Source: Rhynchopus sp. YZ270_cl-10 (Eukaryota). Taken from it: 64,000 nt of DNA. Within the stretch, counting starts at the first letter, position 1. Each line of letters opens with the position of its first letter. The notes beneath the pieces were generated by a model. That model worked only from the letters and a program-made list of their open reading frames with translations, made no database searches and was not told the origin of the DNA. The stretch is taken from positions 1,674,001 through 1,738,000 of the forward strand of contig OZ037842.1 in NCBI GenBank assembly GCA_964035575.1. Direction: 5' to 3'. Both the position numbers and the translations under genes were made by a program. Positions 48,743 through 60,147 of the stretch are shown here, one piece after another.

Positions 48743-51700
48743 ATGATGCGAAATTGTGCAGTGTGTTTGGTTACTGTGCTTTTTGGTGCTTTGTGTGATG
48801 CGCAGTCGATTGCGGTGAGCCCAAATGTGCTGACGTTGACGGAAGGGACGACAGATACTTTTGATGTGCGTATGGGATTCGCGCCGATTGCAGATGTGAC
48901 GATCAGCATTGTGGCTTCTGATCCGATGCAGGGAAGTGTTGACCGACCTGAGATCATATTCACATCCGGCAACTGGATGGTGAACGTCCGCGTGCACGCA
49001 ACCGCAACGGCAGACAAAATGGACGACGACGACCAGACCATTCAATTCATCACCACGGTGACAAGCAGCGGTGACCCTCAATACAACGGACTCGTCATGG
49101 ATGACATCCAACTGACGGCGCTGGACATCGACACTGCGGGCATAGTGACACGCACTGACAACAATGCGATGACGAAAGAGAACGGCGGTGTCGTGAACAT
49201 CTTCCTCCAGTTGCTCACCAAGCCCATGGACGACGTCACGTTCACGTGCACCACCTCAGACGCAACAGAGGCAGTGTGCACTACCACGACTGTCACGTTC
49301 ACGAAGTTCACAGACGACTACAACGTGGAGCAATACTTCACCATCACCGGTGTAGATGACTTCCTCGACGACGGTGATGTGGCATTCCAGATCACCATCG
49401 ACTCCCTGACCGGCTACGGCAGCGACGTGAAGCAGGCGACGACAAAGACACTAGACCTCAACAACGAAGACAACGACGTCGCAGGGTGGGTGTTCGACCC
49501 AGCTCTAGGCACGACCCTCACGACGTACGAAAATCAGATTCTTAATGGGGCCGAAATCAGGTTAAAGCTTCAGTCTGAGCCGTTCGACACTGTCACTGTG
49601 ACAGCACGCTGTACAGATCTGTCTGAAGGTGTAATGGTGACTTCACAGCTTGTCTTCCACCCAAGCGTCTGGAACGCGTATCAACCCATTGAGTTCAAAG
49701 GTGTGGACGACAACGTCGATGACGGTGACGTGCAGTACTCCATTGAGTTCTTCTCGTCAGTCTCCACCGATGCCAAGTACCTGCAGGCCAACTTTGCGAC
49801 CTACACAATCACCAACGTCGACGACGATACTGCTGAGGTCAGTGTCGACAAGAAAATGATCTTAGCCACTGAAGACAGAGCAGGCACATTGGACTTCTTT
49901 GTTGCAATCAAGCTCCTCACCGAACCCACCGCAGACGTGACAGTCATCATGACGACGCAAGACGAATCGGAGGTGAAGCTCCACCTGGCCGGTGGTGGCC
50001 CAGCGAGGCGGGTTGACCTCGTGATACCAGTGGCCTCGTACACCCAGACGTTCACAGTGTACACATCCTCAGTGGATGATTTCATTCAGGATGGCGACAC
50101 ACAGACCGGCATCACGTTTCAGGTGCTTTCGGTGGATCCGAAGTACTCGAAGGTACTGGACGATTTGACGGTGTACGTCTTAGACAACGACCTAGCGGGG
50201 TTCACGTTCTGCTCAACCATCGTGCCACTCTCAAGCCCTTGCATCATGAACACGATGCTCTCTGTTACAGAGAAGACGACCACAACAGACATCTACGTGA
50301 AGCTGAATTCAGAGCCCACACACGATGTGTTTTTAGAGCTCTCTTCCAGTGACACAAGCGAGATTGTGGTGAACAAGTTTGGCGGACTTGGAACTACTTT
50401 GGCCTTCAACTCGCAGACGTGGGACACCTTTCAGACCATAACTGTGACGGGGGTGCAAGATATTTTGGACGACGGGGATCAAGTTGCCGACGTTTTGATA
50501 GCAATCTCGTCTGGTGATCCGGTCTACTCGCCGATTGTGCTGGGAGGCATTTCTGTGACGTGTGTGGACACAGACATTGATGAGTGCACAACAGGGGTTT
50601 GCAATGCGGCTTATGTGTGCAATGATCCTGACTTTGAGGACGACTCTTTGCTTGACTTCACGTGTACGTGTCCGCCGCTTTCGTACGGGACGACCACCAC
50701 AGGAACTGACACAGTCTGCTTCAAAGATGAATGTGTTGAGAAGGCAGTAGAATGTTCACAAGTCCTTCAGGCGTGCAGCGATCCTGACAAATCTCTTTTT
50801 GTTACCGATGACTGGGTGTGCCAGTGCATCCTGCCTGCAGTGGGCCCTGATGTGGTCATGGGGCAGACGGCGTGCATCAACGACGAATGCGTTGCGCATA
50901 AAGACGTGTGCACTGCCTTCCAGCAGTGCGTGGACCCAGACCACGCACAACTCAGCGCAGGGGATTGGAAATGCGACTGCACGACAGGTGTTGGCTCTGC
51001 GTTGAACATGGCTGCCACCTGTGTGTACGACGAATGCACTTTGAACACATGTGGTCCGTACCAAGAGTGCACAGATCTGGACACCTACCCTGCGAGCTTG
51101 GCGGACTGGATATGCAACTGCACCGCACCGCATGTCGGGCTGGGGATGGCATCGGCCACAGTGTGCACACTCAATGAGTGCGACATTACAGCAAATGCCG
51201 ACATCTGTGCAGCGATGAATTACCAAACATGCACCGACCCCACGAACGACGCAGATGCAGCACAAGACTGGGTATGCGAGTGTGTTGCGCCTGCCATAGG
51301 CCTTTCTGTGACAGCGAAGGTTGCAACATGCCTGTACGACGAGTGCCTCGTGCAAGCCAATGTGGACCTCTGCAAAGACGCAGTCCTTACCCAGTACGGA
51401 GGGAACGCACTAATACGTGGCCACGGCATTGGGCACGGGTATTCACAGACGTGCCAAGACACGAATACATCTGCGCAGGCGCTTGGAGAAATCGAGTGTG
51501 TGTGTGACGCCCCCAGCCTTAACTGGGCTACTAACGCACCCGCCTCGTGCAACATCAATGAGTGCGAACTCTTTCTGGCAGCTTCGGTACCCCAAATCAC
51601 CCATGCAAAGCACTGTGAAAACAACGCTCAGCTCTGTGTTGACCCGAACACAGAGACAAACGACCTTTCTTCGGAGGATGACTGGTACTGCCAGTGTTCG

Positions 51701-54040
51701 TACCCGTCACGTGGGGACATCGTGCCGATGACAGTTACGCAGTGCACTCTTGATGAGTGCTGGTACAACGAAGCGGTGTGCACTAGCGTGGGACAGACGT
51801 GCGTTGACCTCCACACAAGCCCGACAAACACTTCCAATTGGGGTTGCAACTGCACCGATCCAGAGGTGGGGTTCAATCTCACGTTGCCGGCTGTGTGCCA
51901 GTTGGACGAATGCCAGTTCCAACGCCACATATGCGAGGCGCAGAACCAGATGTGTGTGGATGCCAACAACGCGTCCACGTCTCGCGATGACTGGGAGTGT
52001 CGCTGCGTGGACGCACAGAACCCACAGTACACGGGGTCTGCTGTGCGCGCTCCTGCGGTGTGCATCATCGACGAGTGTATCACTGTACCCTGCGGACCGA
52101 ACCAGCTTTGCTTCGACCCTGACAAGAATCGGACTGCTTTGGGAGACTTTTATTGTGAATGTGATCACCCCTATCTTGGAGATACTAACACTGGGGCAGG
52201 CGCCATTTGCAGGAAGGACGAATGCGCCATCGTCGCCCAGAACAAAACATGCACCGATGTGGGCCAGCGTTGCTCGGACCCGTCTGAGGTCGACAACGAT
52301 TGGACATGCTCATGTGTGCATCCGTACGTGGGCGACCCACGGGTGCGGCTGATGGCGCTGTGTGTCTTCGATGAGTGCACAGACGACAACATCAACATCT
52401 GCGCAAAGAACAACCAAGTCTGCCGCGACCCCCTCAACACCGTGTCGGGCACATGGCAGTGCGAATGTGCATCCCCCTACCAAGGCGCGCCCACGAAGCT
52501 GGGTCTCGCAGAGTGCTTTCTCGACGAATGCAGCATTCCAGAGAACAAGCGCGTCTGCTTCGACGCACGGCAGAACTGTGTCGACAACAGCAACAGCACC
52601 GAGCGCGACTGGGCGTGCGTATGTCTGCTGCCTGCTGTCGGGACTGCGACTGCCAGCGTCGCCTCCTGCATTGTAGACCAGTGTGCACAGCCACAAAATG
52701 TCTGTGGTCCAAACCAAGCATGTGTGCAGGTGGGCCGGCAGTGGAAGTGCGTCTGCCGTCTTCCGTTTGAAGGTGAGAACTTTGGTGGGCCTGCGACCTG
52801 CGCAGTTGACGGGTGTGCAGATGCAAACAAGCAGTTCTGCGAGTCTGCAGGGCAGCAGTGCTCCTCCACCACCACACAGGCGGACTGGTCGTGTGTGTGT
52901 GTTGCGCCCTCTTTTGGTGCACCACGCAACCTCGGCCTTGCGTCGTGCCAGATCGATGAATGCATTGGGAACACCATCTGCGCTGAGAATTCCCAGATTT
53001 GCTCCGATGACAAAATCGTTGGCAACCTGAACAACTGGCAGTGCCTCTGCAACGCACCTGCCAAGGGCGCTGCAACCGCGAACCTGGCTGTGTGCACCCT
53101 GGATGAGTGCCTCGGGAACACAGTGTGCTTTGCTGCTGGACAGGACTGCATTGACCCTACACCCACACCTGCCAGCACAGGGGACTGGGTATGCAGCTGC
53201 CGTGCACCTTTAAAAGCCACGAGCGTTGCGCAGGCTGTAGGCGACTGCACATTGAACGAACGTGAGTGCGGCATACCAGAGGTGCTGGCCACTTGCACGT
53301 CACAGGGACAGCTCTGTGTTGACGCGAACGACACGCCCGACAACTGGCAGTGCGTCTGCACGGGTGCTGTCACTGGCTCGCAGACGATGGGTGCAGCCAC
53401 ATGCGTCAACACATCGCAGCTCAACTCGGCAGGAGAAAACGTCAGCGACGACGACGACGACTCAGGCTTCCCATGGCTCTACGTGATCCTCCCCCTCGCG
53501 CTCGTCTTGATCATTGGCGCGCTCTTCGCATGTGTGTACCGCACTAAACGCGACAAAGACCAACCCCAAGAGGATCTCAGCAAATCACCCGCAACACCTA
53601 CCCGCAGTGCCTACAAGACTTTGGGAGAAGAAGTGGTATGCAAACAATCACGTCTTTCGCACATCTAGCCCACGACCCAAACGTATCCTCCACACTACGT
53701 ATATTTCCCCCGCTCTGGGCTAGACTGCAAAACAGACTTTGTTGATCAACAGTATTTCTTTATCTATTTACACTACACATCACAGAGCCCGTACAAATCT
53801 AACCCCATGGCTAGTCCAGGCAGCCCGCGATCTGTTGACCCAGACCCGTTTGCGGGTGATATCTACAGCTCGCCTGTCAAGCCCGCTCAGAGAAGGGTCT
53901 CCATCGCAGCAACACCCGAGTACGTGGGCACCCCCTCCGGTGTGTCCGACTCGCCATACCCGAACTACCCACGTCTCCCAGTGGAAGACATGCCTGAGGT
54001 AAGCGGCGGGCGCGGGTCAATGCTCCCTACGCGTGTGTAG
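48743..54040 (+). CDS. Type I membrane protein: signal peptide, ~5 Calx-beta/cadherin-like acidic repeats, ~20 EGF-like Cys repeats, TM helix, cytoplasmic tail; exons 48743-53635, 53786-54040
   Basis: MMRNCAVCLVTVLFGALCDA signal; repeats L..EP..DVT....SD..E....F....W...Q......DD...DGD; DEC..C..Q.C.D..DW.C.C units; TM PWLYVILPLALVLIIGALFACVY. Confidence 0.9.
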
Positions 54041-54990
54041 TGGGGGGCTAGAGAGCGGGCCTCCACCTGAGGCACCTTCCTCAACAAGCTGCACTGTCTG
54101 TGCAATTCCCTGTGAAATCAAGGTGACTCAACACGAGAGGTTTAGGGTTAGGGTTATCATATAAACTTTTCTTTTTTTTTTGGGTAAACTAGAGTTTTTT
54201 TTTATTTGCTTCGCAGGGAACATTTTTGTTGATCCCTATACCCATGCTTTCAATTTATTGCATGCATCATATTATGTTAAAATACTTTGCGCAGTGGGAG
54301 AGAGACGGCAAACCAAAAATACCTGATGAACTGTGTGGTCCGCCTCTCTGAGGAGGGGGAGTTCGAAATTCGGATTTTTTTGTGAACACGTATTTTTTGT
54401 GTCAATATATTTTTCCCGTTTTTAGTAGTATTTGTTTCAATTTTCATTAGTATCCATTTTATGGGATGTTTTTCTCTGCCTGGTTTTTTTAATTTAGCGA
54501 GGCGTGTTTACCTCAGCATTTCCGCCTTTTAATTTACTTTCTTTTTTGCAGTTTTACGGTTTTGATAGCATGCGACAGAAACTCCAAAACTGCAAAGTGC
54601 TGCGAACAGGCGAAAGTGCCTAAGTCGCTATAGACGCATTCATCTTTCATTTTTCATTTTTCATTTTGCGGGGTTGCAAAAAACACCTGGCTGTTCTGGG
54701 GTGCATAATACTGTTATTATCCTCGGTGTACGTTCAACTTCACCCTTTTTGGCCTCAAAGAGGTTTCCTCTTCACGGTCCGGTAGTCAGTGGGAGCGTAT
54801 TGCAGTAATAAAAATATCAACACAATATTTATTACACACTTTACGCACACAAACAAAGGATTTTCTTTTTCAATTATAAAGCGCCTATGATGAAGATGGG
54901 CAAACCACCCTACCAAAAAGGCAGCAACCCCCTGCTAGATACATTCCCGTCCAAAAGCAAACAATGTTTTTTTTTTTTTTTGACTGTGTG

Positions 54991-55726
54991 CAGGGCGTTC
55001 GCTATCGCCATCGTTTTTTCCTGATCGTGGCGAAATGCCAAAAACCCCGAAATTTTCGTTTTTTTACTAGTGCTTAAAATAGGTCAAAAAAATTTTCCCG
55101 CCGGAGAGAAGTTAGTTCGTGGGTGAATCCCTGGTACTGAATGGTCAAAAAAAATTTGCGATTTGCGCGTGATCCCTTCCCCAGCACAAGTGATATTACA
55201 GCTGAACTTTCCTGATACTAAAACCAGCAAAACGATGAAGAATTTCATCAATCCCCCCTCACTGAGGGTCTCTTTGTGTTGTTTAATCAAGCAGATGTAC
55301 AAGAGAGAGGCATCCGTCATATGAGACTTCATCCTTATTTTGATTATTTTCAACTCTCTGCCATTGAAGATAGAGTTGACACGAGCAGTGACACCTTCTA
55401 TAACAGGGGGTACGGTACACCTTCAGCAGACTGCAGGATTGAGGAGCGAGCGGGAGTGCTGGGGAAACTTCCTCTCACGGCAGGCGGGTTTACGGATGAT
55501 TTTGAGTACAGTGGACACCCCTCTGCGACCCCCGGAGGGGTCTACAGGGTGGTGGGGAGAAATCTCTCTCTCTCTCTCTCTTTTTTTCCCCCTTTATTTA
55601 TTTATTTATTTATACAGGGTTTCGCCCCGGTGGGGCGAAGCCCTGGGGCGAAATAAAACGTCATTTTTTCAGGAAAAAAATTTTTTAACGAAAAAAAATA
55701 TTTTTCGCCCCGGGGCGAACGCCCTG
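54991..55726. mobile_element. hAT-like non-autonomous element, 736 bp
   Basis: 12-bp perfect TIR CAGGGCGTTCGC / GCGAACGCCCTG; 8-bp TSD ACTGTGTG; subterminal TCGCCCCGG repeats. Confidence 0.92.
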
Positions 55727-56333
55727 ACTGTGTGGTTCTCGGTTAACTTACAGACACAACACTCGAATAAGTCTCTCTCTCTCTCTCTCTCTCGCCGGTA
55801 CTCGGACTTTCCCATAGCTGGAGCAAAAAAAGGTTCCTAGGGTCCTAAAGTTTCTGCTAGAAGGTGTACCGTTATTTGCACCAAACCATGAAATAGAGCA
55901 AAAAGAGAATGGTGCGCATTACACTGCGTTCCGTTCCTACCTTCTTCCGAGGCTTTGTTTTTGTTTTTGTTTTGTTTATAAGATGTGATCATATACGTAT
56001 TCATCTTGCAACCTTTTCTTTTGTTATGTCATCCTTCTGTTACGTATTACGTTGTAGACAAATGTGCTGTTTTTAGGGGCACTATTTTATCTGTATTCGT
56101 CTCCAAAAGAACGCCTCACCCTCCCCCTTTACAGCATGCCTACCTCCCCTTTGGCCCCCCTTACCCCATACACACCAATCACAGAAATTCTACGATAACC
56201 GTTCACATTCCGTATTTTGCACACAAAAAGGTGTTTTCTTTCGCATTATTTGCCTTTAAAGTCCTAAGTGAGGGTTTTGGTTAGGCATCTTTTATTTCCC
56301 TTATAATGCTGATATAACCGCAGTTACGGTACA

Positions 56334-59170
56334 ATGCACGTGAGTGCGTTGTCTTCCCGTTCAAGCTCTGCAGTGTTGACGTGGAACCTGTTCATCGCGA
56401 TTGTGACGTACTACTATTCATGCACCATTGGTGTGGTGAACCTCCTCGATGCGTATGCCAAGGTCCCACAGAAAGGGTTGGATACGATAGCTGGGGCAGC
56501 GTTCTTCTTGGATGCGATCATTGAGACGAAGCTGTCTGTCCCTGAGGCGTCCGTGTTGGTCAAGAAGTGGGTGAATAGCGGCAAGCGTGCCCTCTTGTGG
56601 AGTCTGTTTGCGATGGCTGTGGTGCTGCTTGCGGACTACATTGCGGCCGTGCCGATGGACTTCGTCTTCTTCGCGACAGGGAATGAAGCGTTGCACCGTT
56701 TGAACTACAACCTGCGCCTTGCTAAGGTGTTGAAGAGTCTGCGGTGGGCGCTCTCGGAGGGGTCGTACAGCGAGATGGGCGACGAATCGCTGGACACGTA
56801 CTCCATGCGGCACATCGTGCTGCCCATGTGCAAAAAGGTGTTTCTCTTCGCCATATTCCACATCGCATGCTCAATGATCCACCTCGCGCTGCAGGTGCAC
56901 GTCGCCATCCCAGAGCGCAACGCTGCAGACCGTGACCTCTACGCAGTCACGAACCCTGGGGAGGATTTCGAGGCGTCGGAGCAGTCGGACATCGACCTTC
57001 TCATAGACTCTGTGTACTACACGATGTACAGCATTACTGGGGTTGGTATGATAAGCTTTATATTGCAATTACGAACTCAGGCTGGGGAAATGACATGATC
57101 CTTTACTCCCGATTTTTTTTGACCTTTTGTATTTTCAATTAAACCCTTGGTGAGATGGGAATCACGAAATGGATGCAGGGTCAACATAGTTACCCCACAC
57201 CGGTGTTCTGGTCACGCACCATGGTACACACAGTGTCAAGGGTTTTTGTATTTCAAGTCACATTTGTATTGTGAAGACGATGTGGGGGTCTCAAAACACC
57301 TTCCAACGCAGGCTACGGCGAGCCCTTGATATCGCCGTTGACAAAGATCTATGCTTCGTTCCTCTGCATCGTGGCGTCGCTGTTCAACGGTGCAATCGTT
57401 TCGTACGTGTCTGCATCACTTCAGGAGGAGACCATCGAGATGCGACAGGAGAACAAACTTGTGTCCACACTTGCAGTGCTGCATGTATACTCTATCCCAA
57501 AGCGTCTAGCAAACGAAGTGATAACATACCAGGCACATGCCTGCACGCAGATTGTGGACCCAAAGGACGTCGTGGTGTTGAACGGACTTCCCTGCGAGAT
57601 GCAGATCACCATTGCGTTTCACGTGAAGGTACGTTTGCTGGAGAACTTAGGGATCTTCAAAGGTGTCGACAGCGCGTCTATATCACACCTGGCGGGGGTG
57701 CTGACGAGCGAGGTGTACGCGCCTAGGGAGGTGATTGTGCGGGTGGGCTCGATAGCAGAGGATATGTTCTTTTTGAGTCATGGGTTTGCGGAGGTGGGTG
57801 TCAAGCCGAGCGCGGCTGAGGACATGGCGCGTGTGAAGATCCTGCGTCGTGGCGACTACTTCGGCGAGGTGGGCCTCATCCTGAAGTGCCGCCGCACTGC
57901 CTCTGTCCACGCACTCTCCTTCTGCGACTGCCTCCGCCTCCAAAAACGCGACTTCACCGACGTCCTCAGCAGACGCTTTGACGTCAAATCACAGATCACC
58001 ACCCGCGTCCAACTCATCCTCACAGAACTCAACGAACACCAACGTACCTCCCTTCAACCCGGTGTCACCCACGTTACAAACAAAGACAGACGTGAACTGG
58101 TCGAAAACCTTGACAAAGTGTACCCTTCACGCGATTTCTTACTCGAACCAGACATTGTTGGCTTCAACGCGTCGAGGTCAGGCATGCTGAAGAACTGCCG
58201 CTCCTCTGCAGGGTTCAAGGGGCTGCGTACGAATGCGCCGATTGCGGGTGACTTCTCTGATGATGAGAAGAACTGTCACGTAAAGCTTGAGTCGAAGAAG
58301 ATTGCGTTTGTGAAGGGGACAGCCATGCATCGTGAGGCGTATATTGCGCAGTACAGGATGACGCCGGATGAGATGAAGAAGGCAAAGCGGGCGGCGCTCG
58401 CAGCGCATGTCGACACGGGGGCGTTCCTTGAGGTGTGCGACGACGAGGCGCTGAGCGTGTCAAGCAGCTCCTCCGGCGACTCCGAAGACGGCGACGACAA
58501 GAGCGCCCTCACCTCCTCCTCCTCCGGCGGCAGCAAGGTCTCCTTCCTCGGCAGCGACTCCGCTATGCTCTTCACCCCCGCACCCATCATGAAAACCCCA
58601 CCCAGCTCCCCCTCCGAAACCAAACCCAAAGACATGGGAAGCTCACTCTCACCGAAGCACACATCCGCACTCCGCAGGTCGAACTCTGGGCTCAAAAAAA
58701 GCGGGAAAAGCGTCAAATTCCCCAGCGCCTCTGCGTCTGCGTCTGCGTCTGCTTCTGCGTCCCTTTCTGCGTCAGCTTCGGCATCCGCTTTTCCAGGCGG
58801 AATGAACACACCCTCACAGGATATGTTCACACCGGAGCCACTCGCCAATATGCAGCAGTCTCCTCAACAGTCTGCAGAGTGGGAGGTGTTCCACACAGAC
58901 ACGGTGTCGTCTTCCGACCTGACTGCACAGAAGACAATGCGGTCGAGCCGTGGCATATCTTCAGATGCAATTGCCTCCAAGAGTGACGAGCTGTGGCAGC
59001 GGCCCAAGTTCCTGCCACGTCCTCCCTCAGATCCGCTCTTTGCAGACGCCACTTCACGTGAAGAATGCCGCACCAAGATAGCAGAGATCCTCAACACCAC
59101 ACACCGCCTCGGCAAGCGAATACAAAAGCTAAACTACCGCATGAAGGCATACTCCACGAAGCGAATGTGA
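56334..59170 (+). CDS. Cyclic-nucleotide-binding-domain K+ channel (KCNH/HCN/CNG-like); exons 56334-57045, 57312-59170
   Basis: S4-like LRLAKVLKSLR; filter SITGVGYGE reconstituted across the intron; CNBD GDYFGEVGLI..RRTASV. Start codon uncertain. Confidence 0.9.
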
Positions 59171-60147
59171 AACCCATCCTCTAGCTGGTTTCAGAGTGAC
59201 TTAAAATCACCGTTCTTAGCTCCCCATCTCTGACCCCCCCGCCTTCTGGCGGTGAAAGGGTGGGTGGGTTGCAAACGGAAGGATTCGGGTACGACAACAT
59301 TGGGCAAATAGAAATATGTTTTTTTTTTTTTGTATTCATCCCCCTCCTGTGTTCTTCCCCTCCCGGGACGCCGGACGTCCAGGTGTGCCACAATCCTCAG
59401 GGTCAGCATCGAAGTTGAGTGAAGAAGCACGAAGGCGGGTATGAAGAAGTAGCAGAGGGCAGGTCATCGGCAAAGAGCTCAACGCCACTCACTGAGGCGG
59501 AATGTGTGCGGTGGCGTGTCTCGTTTCTGCGGGGGTGCTGCCGCTCGGCTCTCTGATCCTCTTCGAGCTGTATCTCGGGGTTGTGGCACTCCCTCCCTGT
59601 CAACGTGTTCGCACTGTGCACACCAGGCATACACCTGCGCCCTCTTGGCGTATCTTCCTTTTGCAAAACCCCAGAGAAGTCAGAGCTTTGCCGAAGCTGA
59701 TGTCGTGAGCATCACAACATCAGTGTAGCGTCTTCGCAGACGTGCGAGGTTGCTCACTTCCATCTCGCACACTTCTTGGGATACCACCCGAAGCATACAT
59801 ACAAACTCTGCTGCTTCCTTGGCCTGGTTCATTTTGATTTTTTTTTGTGTGTTTTTTTCCCATTTTCTGACGTAGATTTGGGTGGTTATGTGGGAATTGG
59901 AGCGCCATTCGGCAGAATCGGACTTGCAAGGGTGATTTTTGGAAATGGCCAAATGTTGAAAAAATAATGAAATAGACAAAAACTCCTTAAGAGTCGGATC
60001 CCCTACGCCCCCCTCTCATCACAGTAAAGCACACAAAAAAGCATCCAAAAACAATCACCCTTCCCAAAAAAAAAGCACTTTTGATGCGTTAACCGTACCC
60101 TCTTATTTTTCTTTCTTTTTTTCCCCTCCAACCCTCTACCCTAAACC

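Noticed and set aside
50756..53424. Long minus-strand ORFs over the EGF gene and other CDSs
   Set aside because: Antisense shadows of GC-rich coding sequence with no motifs.
54141..54156. TTAGGG telomeric repeats
   Set aside because: Only ~2.5 units, arising within a family A hairpin arm; not a telomere.
59400..59830. GC-rich island with short ORFs between the channel and helicase genes
   Set aside because: No consistent frame, splice pattern or recognisable domain.
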